A DNA stretch of 52,683 bases, the filler included, from Bipalium vagum (Eukaryota), in assembly GCA_037834085.1 (NCBI GenBank). It is 3 parts of 3 records of this genome, joined end to end, with 100 filler letters (N's around TTAATTAATTAA, not from the genome) between each part and the next. Parts side by side here need not be neighbours in the genome. Positions count along the whole stretch, not along the records: positions 1 to 17,319 come from JBBMKC010071484.1; 2 more parts are not named here. The stretch is one strand, 5' to 3'. The position numbers and the translations under genes were made by a program. Shown here piece by piece: positions 1 to 12,869 of this stretch. Under the pieces are notes generated by a model that worked only from the letters and a program-made list of their open reading frames with translations, ran no database searches and was not told the DNA's origin. Every line of letters starts with the position of its first letter. The first letter of the stretch is position 1.

Positions 1-340
1 ATTCAATTAAGTACAGAGGTGAATATTGTGACAAACTGGACTACTTTTGTGGCTATAGATCAAGACGCTCCAGAGAAGGGTTTGACAACTTTTGCTGATG
101 ATATATGTTAGTTTTGGTCAATACACTTTTTGATTAATGCTAGCAGGTTATCTTGAAGACCAGAGTTTTGGCATGAATTCATTCGTAGGTGGTGGTGCCG
201 GTACCTTTGCTTCACCCCCACCGTGTCCGCCACCATTTGCAATGATGAAGAGAAATGTAGTAAAAAATATTAATTCCCTAATTTAAAATGATAATTTACA
301 TTACGTTTAGGCCAAGATGGCGTGTGCGGTACAACCAATG
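1..340 (+). CDS. VWA5A: Internal exons of a VIT/VWA-domain protein (VWA5A-like), C-terminal region; exons <1-106, 147-256, 311-340
   Basis: Frame 1 reads IQLSTEVNIVTNWTTFVAID, matching the LS...N+++..T.FVA+D motif that follows the VWA domain. GT-AG introns 107-146 (40 nt) and 257-310 (54 nt) keep the frame: CYLEDQSFGMNSFVGGGAGTFASPPPCPPPFAMMKRN / AKMACAVQPM. Donor gtaaat at 341. The gene start lies upstream of the window. Confidence 0.75.
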
Positions 341-639
341 GTAAATAATTTTCTTTTTAAGATAAATTATTAAGAGTCCTTTGTCTTTTTTGTCCTCTTT
401 AAAATTGAGATTTTTTTCATAAATATTTCTTTTTTTAAAACAGCTTTATTCATTTAAAAAATGTTATGAAAAATCGATTTTAGAAAAATAACTTTGATTG
501 GTTTGGTTGGTGCATAACGTTTTGTCGAATGTTTTTTATCTTTATATTTTAAAAGAATACAATTTACAAAAAATCTATATTTTTAAACTAATCGATAATA
601 TTTTCAAAATTAATATATAATATAATCAGAAATTTTACC

Positions 640-985
640 AGAAATCGAGTATACTTTAAACACATCTGTACAGAAGGCAACATGTAGGGGTCCGGCGGAG
701 GTAATTTTGGGCCGGAAAATAAATAGTGAAAGATGGTTCAGTATGAATCAAATAGCTAGAGAGTAGGTCATTCAGAAAATCAGACAAGAATCACGAAAGT
801 TGGAAAATCAGGAAACTAGGAGGAAGTTTACAGTCGGAAACGTAGTCATGATTAGAAAAGAAGTATGAATCAAAGATCAAGATCGATACCAGAGGCCCTT
901 CCCATAACAGATACGAATGGGAAGAAAGTGGTCAGAAACATTGAAAAAATCAAGACATTCTTTAAAAAATAGGGATGTGTTGATT
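640..985 (+). mobile_element. Gypsy-like LTR retrotransposon relic: integrase C-terminus and polypurine tract
   Basis: Broken translation GPAEVILGRK...RRKFTVGNVVMIRKEV*IKDQDRYQRPF...DTNGKKVVRNIEKIKTFFKK*GC fits a GPY/F-type integrase tail, followed by purine-rich aaaaaatagggatg and TG. Confidence 0.6.
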
Positions 986-1217
986 AAAAAGTTTAAAATA
1001 ATTTTTATTTGATTAAATAATTGTTTTATTAAAATAAATAATTTGAAAATGAGTCTTGATAACTTGTCAACCGATATTAATGTAACTAACAATGCATATT
1101 TTAATGAAAACTTACCGAAGTTTTTGTTTGAACACCATTAATTATTTTTATCATTGATTTCGAAAACTAATTGTTTGAATATTAATAATAGAAAGGTAAA
1201 GATTTAATTATTTTAAA

Positions 1218-1243
1218 ATAATAATAATAATAATAATAATAAA
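1218..1243 (+). repeat. (AAT)n microsatellite
   Basis: About 8 AAT units. Confidence 0.9.
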
Positions 1244-3718
1244 TTTTATTAATCGAATTTTACTTTTTTATGAACTTAGTTGCATTTGGTATGTTTTAAT
1301 AATCTCATAACAATGGACAGTTCTACTGAATGTATAGTGCTACTGTTACCAATAAATATTCTTTTTCAATGATTTAAACTAAATCGATCTCAAAGGAGAA
1401 AGAAATATAAAACTTTTAGGGTAGATGATGAAATAAAACAAAATCCAAACGACTAATCGACTAGTTACTGAACGAGGTAAAAAACCTCTTGTTGCATAAA
1501 GATTCATTTTTGATTTTTTTTAATTCAGTGTTTTATTGATGATTACACTTTTTATTATCAATAAAACAATTATTATTGAAACACCTCTGAACCCTAAAAA
1601 CTGACTCTTTATACCCAAATTTCTCTCTCACTATTTTCTAAAAATCAATTAATAACATTTGTTGTAACTTATAATATGTTCATGTTACTTTCTTTTCATT
1701 GTTTTCTTGGAATAGCCCTTTTTAAACATTTAGCTTTAATAAAGAATTTTTTTCTGTCATTTATTTTTAATTGCTTTTTTTATATTTTTTTTTTTTGATT
1801 TATTCCCAAAAAATCTGTTTCCTTAATTTATTATTTATTTTAAATCATTTTTATCCAAAAATTTGATTCATTTTTTGTTTTCAATTTTAATCTTTGTTTA
1901 TATTATCTTGAATAAGTAGATTTCTTTTTGGTTGTTTATGTACAAAAAATATTTTGATTAATAAAAAAATAAAAATTAAGTTGTGAAACAATACATTAAA
2001 ACAAAAATTATTTTATATTTAAAAAGTTTTAAAATTAAACTGGTCAGTTTTTATGAGTAATCTTTCAATTTATGAAATATCCGATGAGATAAAAAACAGG
2101 AAAGAAAAAAGAATAAAATAAAATCAAGATTACCAAAGTCAAGCCGAAATCTCTTGTCTTTTCTAAACCAGAGAAATGTTAATGTAAAAATGAACATATC
2201 ATATATATATATATGATATATAGAAAAGTATTTTGACCCCTTTTTTCTATTAATATTATCGAAACCCACTACTCTACCATTATTTACGTCTATGACTTCA
2301 AATTGATTACAAGTTTTGAGGAAACATGGTGCTTCTTTAAATTGTGTCGCAAGAAGTTTCTTATTGATCTGAAGAAATAGTTTTCGGATGATTTACCAGA
2401 AAAATATTTTTCTCCATTTACAAAGGTTTTTCTTCCTAAATAATCTAACAAATCGAAAGGATATTATTTAAAACTATCTCTGTCAGTTCATTTTTTCTCT
2501 TTAAAATTGTTATTGTATTATGAATTAATTGATTGATTTACAGTAATTTGTCCGTCTACAATTCATCAAAAATAATAGAATCATAAAATTCCAATTTTGT
2601 TATTGATTAATATAATTATTATTTGTTGGTTTGACCTTTAGTATTTGATTATTGATTTTGAAACGTGTTACGCCTATTTTTACAAGTCCGATGAATAATT
2701 TTTTTACCGAAAGCTAAATCTGTTAAATATTGATTATCTTTAAAAAATTTTAATATTTGGTCTAAAATTTATTCATTTTTTGACATTCCTTTGATGACTT
2801 GAATCCTATAGATATATTAATTTTATCGATTTGGTTCAACATTACACACGTTTGACCTAAAATAAAGATGCTATGGGCTTAAATCTATAGAGCTCCTTAA
2901 ACAAAACCACAACTAATCTGTGAAATTTTTTAAATCACGGATACAACACCAACTTTTAAGTAACATAAACACCTTTTAACTAAACCATCAACAACTTCAT
3001 AATGTTGTGCCCAATAGCACATCTGATCAGCTGTGCTAACCATTACCAAATTAAATAAAATGATTGTCTTAATCGGGTAATTTTTGAGTTAAGAATAATT
3101 ATTATTTACGATAACCTACTTTGAATTAACGTCTATGATTGGACAATTAAAGTTATATTATACAATTTTTTCGTATTTGCTAGAACAATATGCTGACTAA
3201 AATTCAGTAGAGGTTCTTAAAATTATTTTAATATTTTTAATTTAACTTAAATTACAATTAATAATTAATTATAAACAAAATTTACAAGTATATTGGATCA
3301 TAAGTTTTCTAAAAAGGAAGACAACTAAGCATACAAAAACGCCTAAAGATTTTATACCTTTTATGAATATTTTATAAATTAAATTTTAATTAACGTTACT
3401 TCTGAAATTTAATTGGCCAACTTAATTAACTCTTTATTGTGTTTTTTTAATCAGTTTTTACGAATTTCAGTACGGCTCTTAATATTCTTAACGGAATTGT
3501 TTCAGTCAGATATTAAAATAAAATAATCAATTTTATTTACTCAAATTGACAGAACTTTTTTCAGGATTTTACTGATGAGTTATGCGAAGTAATCTTTTTT
3601 TTTGGTATATTTTATTCCTTGTGTTCAAATTATTTGTCTTAACTTTATTGATGTACTCATAAAATTGTTTTGCTTGTTTAACCTTTAACTTTCTTCAACA
3701 TTGATGATAATCAATATA

Positions 3719-4939
3719 TTAGGTGTGGAAATTAGTTTCCATCGTTTTGTTATAGATTAATTATTATTATAAATATTGTGAATTTGTAATTGAAAATAAA
3801 ACTAAAAATTAATATTGTAATATATATATACGATATCAATAGTTAGTATTTGTTTTAACTGATTAAATAGATTATATATTTTTGCGAAAATTTAAATCAT
3901 AGACCAAGAAAACATCATTTGAGGGCTCATTATTATTTTGATACAATTTAAAGAAATCAGCAGCCGAAATCCATAGATTAGTGACAAGATCTTAGGGTAA
4001 ATATGCTCTGTCCGAACCAACATGCCGAGAATAATATCGACGATTTAAGAAAAGTAACTTTAGCGTCGATGACAAATAACGTTAAGAAAACTAAAGAAGT
4101 TCAAAGATGATAATTTACGATGAATTATCAAAGAAGAAGCTGCCCAACGCTCGAAGAAATAGCACAGACATTGGCAGGTCAAATGTCGGTAATTGGATGC
4201 GCGCATTAGAAATGATCCAAAAGTGTGGGAAATGGATATCATATGATTTGACCGAAAGGCAGCAAGAAAATCGCAAAACTGTTTGCGAAATGTTACCTTC
4301 AAGGTACTCATTTTTGTATCGAATTATAACTGGTGATTAAATATTTATGTAATATAAGAATCCTAAGCGCAGAAAATCATGGACAATTCCCAGGGAATCA
4401 TCAAAATCGACAGGACAAATATTGCGGAACAGAAGTAAAGCGATATTGTGTGTTTGGTGGGATCAAATGGGATCAAAATGTACCATGAACTTCTCAAACC
4501 ATCTGAAACTGTAACGGGTGATCGATATTAGTAGCAATTACTCAATTTAATTCGAGAAATAAGTACCAAAAGACCACAATATGACCTAAGACATGATCAG
4601 CTCATTTTGAAAAACGATAACGCCAGATCACATCTTGCAAAACTAGTTAAAGAAACATTGAAAAAAATTGACTTGGAGGTTCTATCTCAACTGCCGTACT
4701 CATCAGATATAAGGCCACCTGACTTCCACTTGTTTCGATCCATACAGCATTCTCTTGCTGGACAGGCCTTCAATTCCAATGAATATGTCAAAAAATGAAT
4801 GAATCATTGGATTGCTTCAAAGGATCAAATTTTTATACCGCGGAATCCATTTTTTGTCATAAATTGTAGCTGCCAACGGAAAAAAATTGACTGAAATAAG
4901 TAACGACTTTATTTTTATAAAAACGATTCCCATACTTAA
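3719..4939 (+). mobile_element. Near full-length decayed mariner (DD34D, Mos1-like)
   Basis: TA|TTAGGTGTGGAAATTAGTTTCCATCGTTTTG left TIR, with a partly deleted right TIR aaaacgattcccatacttaa. Motifs GKWISYDL (WVPHEL), RIITGD, VWWDQ, DNARSH, PYSSDIRPPDFHLFRS (YSPDL); stops and frameshifts. Confidence 0.92.
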
Positions 4940-5149
4940 TTTATTTATTTTTTAACACGTGATTTGAATTTAATCTATTTTTTAATATTTTACGAAAGCC
5001 ATTCAAAACAAGTTCATCAAAAATTACACCAATATTGGAGTATGAACAATTAGAGTGAGTGTTCATATGAAAGTTTGGACTTGGAAAATAAAAACATTCA
5101 AAGTCAAAATCTTTAAGTTCAGACAAATATATAAATCTCTGTCAGGATA

Positions 5150-7200
5150 ATATATCCAATCACAAGTCAGTTACTGAAATAGCAAAACTCATCAAATACA
5201 AATCGAAATGTTTCCGCTTCCATAATACTCTTCATATTTATCTCGTCTGGACTTTTATTTTGTTTTGGGTTGCAGGCCTAAAATTTAAATCAAATGTAGA
5301 AGCTATCTCTAAAGTAAATACTTATTTTTGGTGATTTCGATAAATTTTTCTGCAAAGAAGGAATAAAATCCTTGGTAATTATTGGATAAGGTTTAATATA
5401 GATTTTATGGGAAAATAGATTCTTGTGTTATTATGGTCACGTTGGTTAGAAAGACGACTTGTATTTTTTTTGGAAATTTTCTATGAAAATTCAAAAGCAG
5501 CAAATGTTTTTTATTCATTAAAATAAAACCACTAATCATCTTTCAACCAATCATTTGAACCCAAATTGTTAAAATGTATTTTCAGCATCCTCCACCCTAA
5601 ATGATCTTTCATTCAAACAATGTCGTAGTGACTGGAATAGGTGTTCACCAATGTCTATGTTTTAATACCATCTATAGCTAACGGAAAATCAATTATTTGC
5701 TCCAGCTTATTAATGAATATGAATTTGAGTGAAATGTCTGGTCAAAAGATCTGTTGAACGATCAGTATTATTGAGATTGTATTAAAAATTGTAAGGTGTA
5801 CCAAGATTAGAGTTTCTTTAAATAATCAAGTTTTGAGTAGGGTACTCAAGCCTGATTTAATTATTACATTTAATGCAAACGAAAACATCAAATTGAAATC
5901 AATATTTCATTTCAAAACTCAATCAACCCGTAATAGTTACTCTATATTGACAGATACATCGCACCATTTTTGTTAATTTTTCACAAAACTTTTGCTATTT
6001 CAAAGAGGTTGATCTAGAAATCATCGGAAAATAGGTAAAGCCGTTTTCATTCTCAGTGTTTGTGCTATGAGTTAGGGAAATCACTTTCATTAATGTATTC
6101 TCCGAAATGGAAAACTATTTGTCAATCTTTACGTTCTTTAGTAAGAACCTCGACCAACTTCATCAATGACAATATAATAAAAAATATGGTCTTCGTTTTT
6201 TTCACATCATTTTCTAAATCAATATTGAATATTTCTTCAGTTAAAGATTAAATCAATAATTTTATTGATTTTATGTTTTCTTCAGGAATCGGAAAGCTGT
6301 TTTGATTCTTTCTATGATGATGTAATTTTTACTTGTTTTTTTTATTTGTACGTAGATATTTTAGTATTAGTTTTATTTTCTAACACAAACATTTTGCAAC
6401 AGTAAGCACAAACTATTAATTCTTTAGTTAAATAACCTTAAACATTAACGCATTAGCAAATATAGAACTTTTTTCATTTTACTATAGAAATGACATTTTT
6501 GTTAAGCTTTTTTTGAAAATTAGGGGTCTTCTGAAAAAATTCTTAACAGCAGCTTTAATTTGAAAAATCCTTAAGATCGATACAATAGAAAAGTGTTACC
6601 TTGACAAAGTTGTGAGACGTAAAAAGGAATTTCCATTCTTTTCTATTGAAGTCTCCAGCACTCTCGAGTGTCCCAATAACGAATCTCATTTTCAGAGATG
6701 TTTCTTATATTCTTTTTGTTTTATTTTGAAAACATTTTTAATTTTAAAAATTGATTTACTTTTAAATTTTCAGTTTTTTTCCTTTTTATATATGTATAAA
6801 ATAAAATTTAAATAAAATTTAATTTTTTTATTTCAAAAATCAAGTCAAGCAATAAGTAATTTCGTATTTTGGTAATATTTAAATCAACACAAAAAAGTTT
6901 TTTGAATGTCAATCAATGATATATCTCCATCGGATTGAATTTATCATCTTCTCTGTGATAGTGCTTCAATGCCATTTACGATAAAATTCGGGTGTCTTTT
7001 AATAGAAAAAGGTCGAACTGACTTCTTTAATGACTTTTATTTTGAAACTCCTGTCCATTCAAATTATTTGAAAGAGATCGAAATAAATAATAATTTGATG
7101 GAGCGATGTCAGGAGAATTTAATGGATATGGTAAGACCTCCCATCCAACTATTTTTATCTTTTCCTCATCTTGTTTCATTTCAAAAGTAGTTAACTCCTT
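5150..7200 (-). mobile_element. Heavily decayed non-LTR (L1/Tx1-like) ORF2 / reverse transcriptase relic
   Basis: Minus-strand fragments in RT order: FPIPEENIKSIKLL, LTEEIFNIDLENDVK, LYLFSDD (YADD equivalent, ~6030), FINKLEQII. Very degraded. Confidence 0.45.
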
Positions 7201-7819
7201 AATTTATCGTTGGAAAATCAATAGATAAACATTAATCTTGATTCTGATAATATTCAAGGTTAATTTTATGAGTAGTCATGAGTTGTTCGAACTTTTTGAT
7301 TATTTTACAATCACATAAATAACATACAATATATAATAAGCTTTCAATGTTCCAATGCTTTTGATATTTCTGATTTTTTGTTAGATCTTAGAAAGGTTGT
7401 CTTTGTAGAAACTACCATTTAGACTATTGATTCCAAGTTTTGAATCGTCTCGTCACATAGATTAATTAAAGGATTCCTCTAAATTTGTCTAATATTGATT
7501 TTTTTCATTATTGATTCATTTTATTATGATTCATAAATTATGAATGAATTAATCGATGTTATTTTATTACTTTTATTTTCTATCTCAATTAAAATATTTA
7601 TTAATGTTCCGCAATTATAAATAATTTTTCCGGAAAAAATTTAAGATAAAAATATACTTGAGGAGAAAGATTGAAATTTATTAATTAATTTAATAATCGA
7701 TTTTGTGTAGTTATAAAGTCACTTTTATTAATTAATAATATTGATTTAGTCTAATTTATGAGGTAAAAGTCAATTTTAACACAATAAAAATATATGAATG
7801 CGTACACAATTTCATATGT

Positions 7820-8387
7820 CCTGTGGATTTTGACCAATAAAGCTAAGAAGGAAATCCAACATCTTTAACAATTATTTAACAAGATATTCTCTACCATGTT
7901 TAATTACTCTTCGCCAATAGTCTGGTAGTTGAAAAATCCCTCTCTGATAGAAATTCGTAAACTTCTTAAAGAAGTCATTAAAATACTTTTTAATGGCCAA
8001 CAAAGTATCAAACTTTCTTGTTCAGTAAACTTTGGTGGAATTAGAATAAATAGTGATCCGAAGGGATGAGGTCAGGTTAGTATGGCGCTTGAGCTGTTAG
8101 ACTATTGTCTTTTGCAGAATATCATAATCATAACCAGATGTGCGTCCGAAACAAGCATTATCTTTCAGATTTAAATTCTGGTCTTTGAGTTTAAGAAACA
8201 TCTCTATAGACAAAACACCTTTCCCTATACTTTAAAAATCTTATTTGAAAATCTTTACACTTCTTAAAATAAAAAAGGAGAAAGTTTATTCTGTAGGTCC
8301 ATTTCTTAATCTCGAAAATTACTAAATAATAACTTAATTATTTCAATCGCCGCATTTATTTTTCTATTAATTTACTTGAACCAATAA
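7820..8387 (-). mobile_element. Internally deleted mariner
   Basis: N-terminal GKGVLS...LKDNACFGRTSGYDYDIL is joined directly to APY*PDLIPSDHYLF and FYQRGIFQLPDYWRRVIKHGREY; TIR-like TATTGGTTCAAG at ~8385. Confidence 0.75.
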
Positions 8388-9793
8388 AATTCATATATCA
8401 ACACTATGAACTTAAAAAGAATTCATTAAAAAATCCACAGGACTTTCCGGGTCAAAATTGTCAAATTTATTAAATTGTCGAATTTATTAAAAATATTGAT
8501 TTTAACAAAATAAGCTTGTTAGTTGAAAATTGAATTGATCGTCTTGACTCAGTCTTACAATTTTTGGTTCTGGATTCTCAAGCTATTACAATCTCATTAA
8601 TTAATATTTTCACTTCAACTATTGATCACTCTGTTTTCTAATCTTTTCCTATATTAATCTCAGACATTAATTCTTATTGCTTTATTATGTAATTTATTTA
8701 AAATTTTCCTTTTTATTAACGTTTATCATTGATTTTTTTTATTTTGTCAGATTCAGTGCTTCGATGCAGTGGACGGAGTATGTGATTTATTCCTTTTTCT
8801 ATATATTTTTGAAAATTCACGATCAGTTATTAATTATTATGAAATCGATTTTTTTGAACATTAATTTTTACTTCTCTTTTTCCAATATCGGGTCCATTTA
8901 AAACATTGATTATTTCAGAATTCGTAACTTAAGATTTTCGTTTAAACAATTTAGATCTCGATTTGGTCGTGTAATTGTCGATAATGGATTCTGTTAACAC
9001 TTTCTTTCTTATTTTTTCCTGAAAGAATTTCATTGAATCTATTCAATCTTTTTGTTGTTAAATTCCCTAATAAAATCACAATATTCGAGTTTTTCTTCAA
9101 TCCACTTTCTATATCCGTTGTTAGACGACCAGATATAGGGAAATGTGTTTGAGAATTTGGCTAATCTAGACAGCCTGTGAATATTAGCGAAAGCGGTCCT
9201 CTAAACAAAAACTGGTGAACGAAGACACGTGTACTTTATTCAGAAATAACTTAATAATGATCTACCGACGAATAACAAATTTTAAAAACTTGCAACTGTG
9301 GAAACTGCTATAAGAAAGAAGAAACTATTTCACACACCCTATGTAGTTGAAACTAAATGATACTTGTGGTACGAAATAGGCATTATGAATTGTGTGATAT
9401 TCTGGTTAAGTGTTTACTGACATATCAAGATGAATGAAAAATACATACAGAATGAAAAAGAATTTTAATGGTCATAATCTAATTTCTGATAATTAATCGA
9501 TACATACCGTAATTGGTGGACTAAACCGCTGGTTTAATGAAAAATAATTTCATTTTTCTAACTTTAGGGTTTTTATACCGGTGCGACTTATACATTGATT
9601 TTTTAAAATTGTTTAAAATCAAATACTTTATTAGAAAAAAATACTTATTTTAGACTTTGTTCAAATTAATACTGACTTTAAATTAAAATCAGTTTATCTT
9701 TTAATATCTCATAAGTACAGTGTTTTAGAAATTGACAAATAACAGAGAAAGCTATACGACAATTGATAAAAACAAAGGCTAATAGAGGAAATA

Positions 9794-11825
9794 CAGTAGG
9801 TTGTCAAATTATTGTGAACACCTCAATTTTTCGTTAATTTGAGCTTATAAAGCATAAGCGAATGACTTAAGCATAAATTAAGCCACTATAATGTGAAATA
9901 CAATAATAATAGTAACCAATTGTATACAAAAGTTAAAATGATTGAAATTATAAAAGATTCAGAAAATAGAAATGTTTTCGCTATTTTTAATATTTTGTAA
10001 CACCATCATTTGCAGCTATCAGAGCCTTCATGCGATCGGACATGCTATTAATACACGAATTAAAGGCTTTCTTTAAATTTCTTCCTTAATTAAAAGATCT
10101 TAAGGTCTGCCTAATTTGTTATGAGATAATTTGCTATTTCCCGTTTATTCATCTCCCATAAGTTTTCAATGGGGTTCATATAGGAGAATTTCCTGCCCAT
10201 TGTAAAATTTGAACATTTTTTGTCGTAGGAACTCTGTAACTGATCGGTCTTAATGGCATGGAGCATAAAAATTATTCTTGTCCATCTGGTTACCATGATC
10301 CCAGTTAAGGTAACAGGTGAAAATTCAAAATTTCGTTGTACCGGCCTTGTTTTAGTGTCCCTGGATTTTATTAAGGAAACCAATGCCTTTATTGGAAGTA
10401 CATGACCAGAACGTCCCCGAGAAAGGGTGTTTAACAGTCTATGTGTTGTAATAATTAAAAAATTCCTTTAATCATCCAGGATATGAAAAATTACTTCACC
10501 GGAATAGCAAACCTTTAAATATTAAATTTTGTCAAATTTTACATTTTGAAACTTTATCTAAAATATAACTTTATTCCAATCGGTTATAGTGCATATTTGG
10601 TATGTTTTGGCTCATTGAAAACGTTTTCTTTTCATTGGTAAGACATAGCTTTACAGCTGGACGATGACTAAAAAGTTTCTCTTGAGCAGTTCTCTTTGAA
10701 ATGTTTGTCTTCATTATTCACCAAAGTGGTAAGTCTGGATTCATTTTGGAATCTCCTTGCTCTGCATATATCTCTACTGATCAGTACGAGCGGTTGTGAT
10801 GGGATATCGTCCACACTTACCGACTCGATTAGCCTTTAATGGCTGTTTCTTGTGCATCTTTACCTTCAATATAATTACCAGTGATTTTTGAAACGAGGCT
10901 TAATTTAAGTATCGATTGAAGTTGATTTATTAATGTTACTTTAAGTCAAATAAATATTCACACAAATATTAACCAATTTTCTGACTCCACGCAATAAAAA
11001 TCTATTTATTAACAACTGTTCTACAAGAATAAAGTCTGGAATAATTAATTGCTCTGCTTGAATTTTATTTCTTGGTTCCGGTCCTCGTTTGAATTCTTTG
11101 TTCCTGTTCTAGTTAAATTCTGTTTTTCTTCTGACTGTGGAAAATCTGAGAGCTTCGTATATAGTCATCAGCGTTCATCTATCAATCAATCACTACTCTC
11201 AACATGGATATCTTAACTCTTCTGTTTGCTCACTTAGAAAGCCGGAGCTTTAAATTATTTAGTTCAATCAAACATTATTCACCTTAGCTGAATAATTGAT
11301 TCTGCGGCTGTTTTTGGTAAAGAGCCCGCTATTCTTGTTTAGCCTATCAGCTCCCCTTTTTCATTAGGAAAATGAAACTCCGGGATATTTAATTATTCAG
11401 TTCCGCTTAAATGTGTTCGTCCTACTTAACTAATTAATGATTGAGTTTCCTAAAATTTTCAATAGAAAATAAATGTTTTATGTGGAAAAGTGGTAATTAT
11501 AAGTTACCATTTTTCATTAACAATATTTTGACTATTTATTATAAGAAAATAATAAATAAAATGACAAATTGTCGAGGCTAAATCATGTATCGATTGAAGT
11601 TAATTTATTAATGTTACTTTAGTTTAATTCACAAAAATGTAAAAAAATCGATAAGTAATTGAAATTTATGATTTAAATTTTAATGGTTTAGTTTTATAGT
11701 AATAAAGGTACATGTTTTTATCTTAAAATCAATAAAATAAGACGAAACTCGATAGATAAATGAAATTATTTTGATTTTAATTATGAATTCAACCAAGAAC
11801 TGTTCGTAATAATTATTATGAGACG
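9794..11825 (-). mobile_element. Decayed Tc1 (DD34E) transposon, interrupted by an insertion at ~10944-11572
   Basis: TA|CAGTAGGTTGTCAAATTATTGTGAACAC TIR at 9794. Minus-strand GKCGRYPITTARTDQ and MNPIENLWEMNKREI. A weak partner TIR tgttcgtaataatt near 11800 gives the uncertain far end. Confidence 0.75.
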
Positions 11826-12869
11826 TAATCGTATTTTTTTGTCACGTACGATTAAAATCAGGTCAGAAATCGATCCACAACTATAATTACCATGTACTAT
11901 AATTATATGTTATCGAATATAAAATAAAGTAATTAAAAATTTTCTCACTTTAAAAGCATAAAGAAATAACTAATATTTACCTCTCCGTCAAGAAAAAAAA
12001 AGTGTGGAAACTCAATAGTAGTAAGAAAATTGCATTCTATCACTCAACTCATTCCCATTATCCATTCAAATTTCTGTTGCAGATGAAAAGAAAATATTAT
12101 ACAACTATAATCGTGGGAAATAATTTTGCTTCTAATCGGGCCTAATAATTTCCTTCACCTCACCTTTACCAGACATCAAAGCCCCCCACCCAAAAAGACC
12201 AAACGGAATCGAAGTCGCAACCAAAATGTTCCGACCTCAAACAGTTAAAATAAATTTTCAATTGTTTCTCCCGGGTGTCGATTGCTTGCCAAATAAATTA
12301 TTTAAACCCCCTATCAATTTCTCCCACCGAATGTAATTAAATATTGAGGCATTACTATACATAATATGTTGCTTCAGAAAGCAATTTTCTTAATTGTATA
12401 AACTATGATGAAGTGATGTTGAATTTACAGAGTTGACACTTTACACATTCTCGCAAGACCACAACAATTGTACACAGTCAAATGTACACCACATATATTC
12501 CCATCTCCAACCGCAAACTGAATCGAAAAAACCACTTCGCGCTATCGCTGCCAGCAGAACTCAACAATATTATGTTATATATTGATTTATTGATGTCAAA
12601 GTCTCCTTTGAAATACAATTCTTTGTCAGTTAATGATGAGGCTTACAAGCAAAAATATCAGATTCTTCTTGACCAACTCAAAGCGAACTCAGAAGAACGT
12701 TGTACTCTGATCTCAGAACATTTATAATCAGAGCCGAAAGGTTCTAGATCATATCAAACTACTAACTAAAAACTGAAATCAATACAATTATGGAAAAATG
12801 TGCAACCAGAACATTCATCAGCATTTACAATATTTGGGGGGATATTCATAGTCAGAGCCTAATCAAATA

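Noticed and set aside
3570-3595. CTGATGAG motif (also at 36671)
   Set aside because: No properly placed stem II plus GAAA.
12030-12860. C-rich, LINE-like coding remnant including ORF 12482-12727
   Set aside because: No diagnostic motif recognised.
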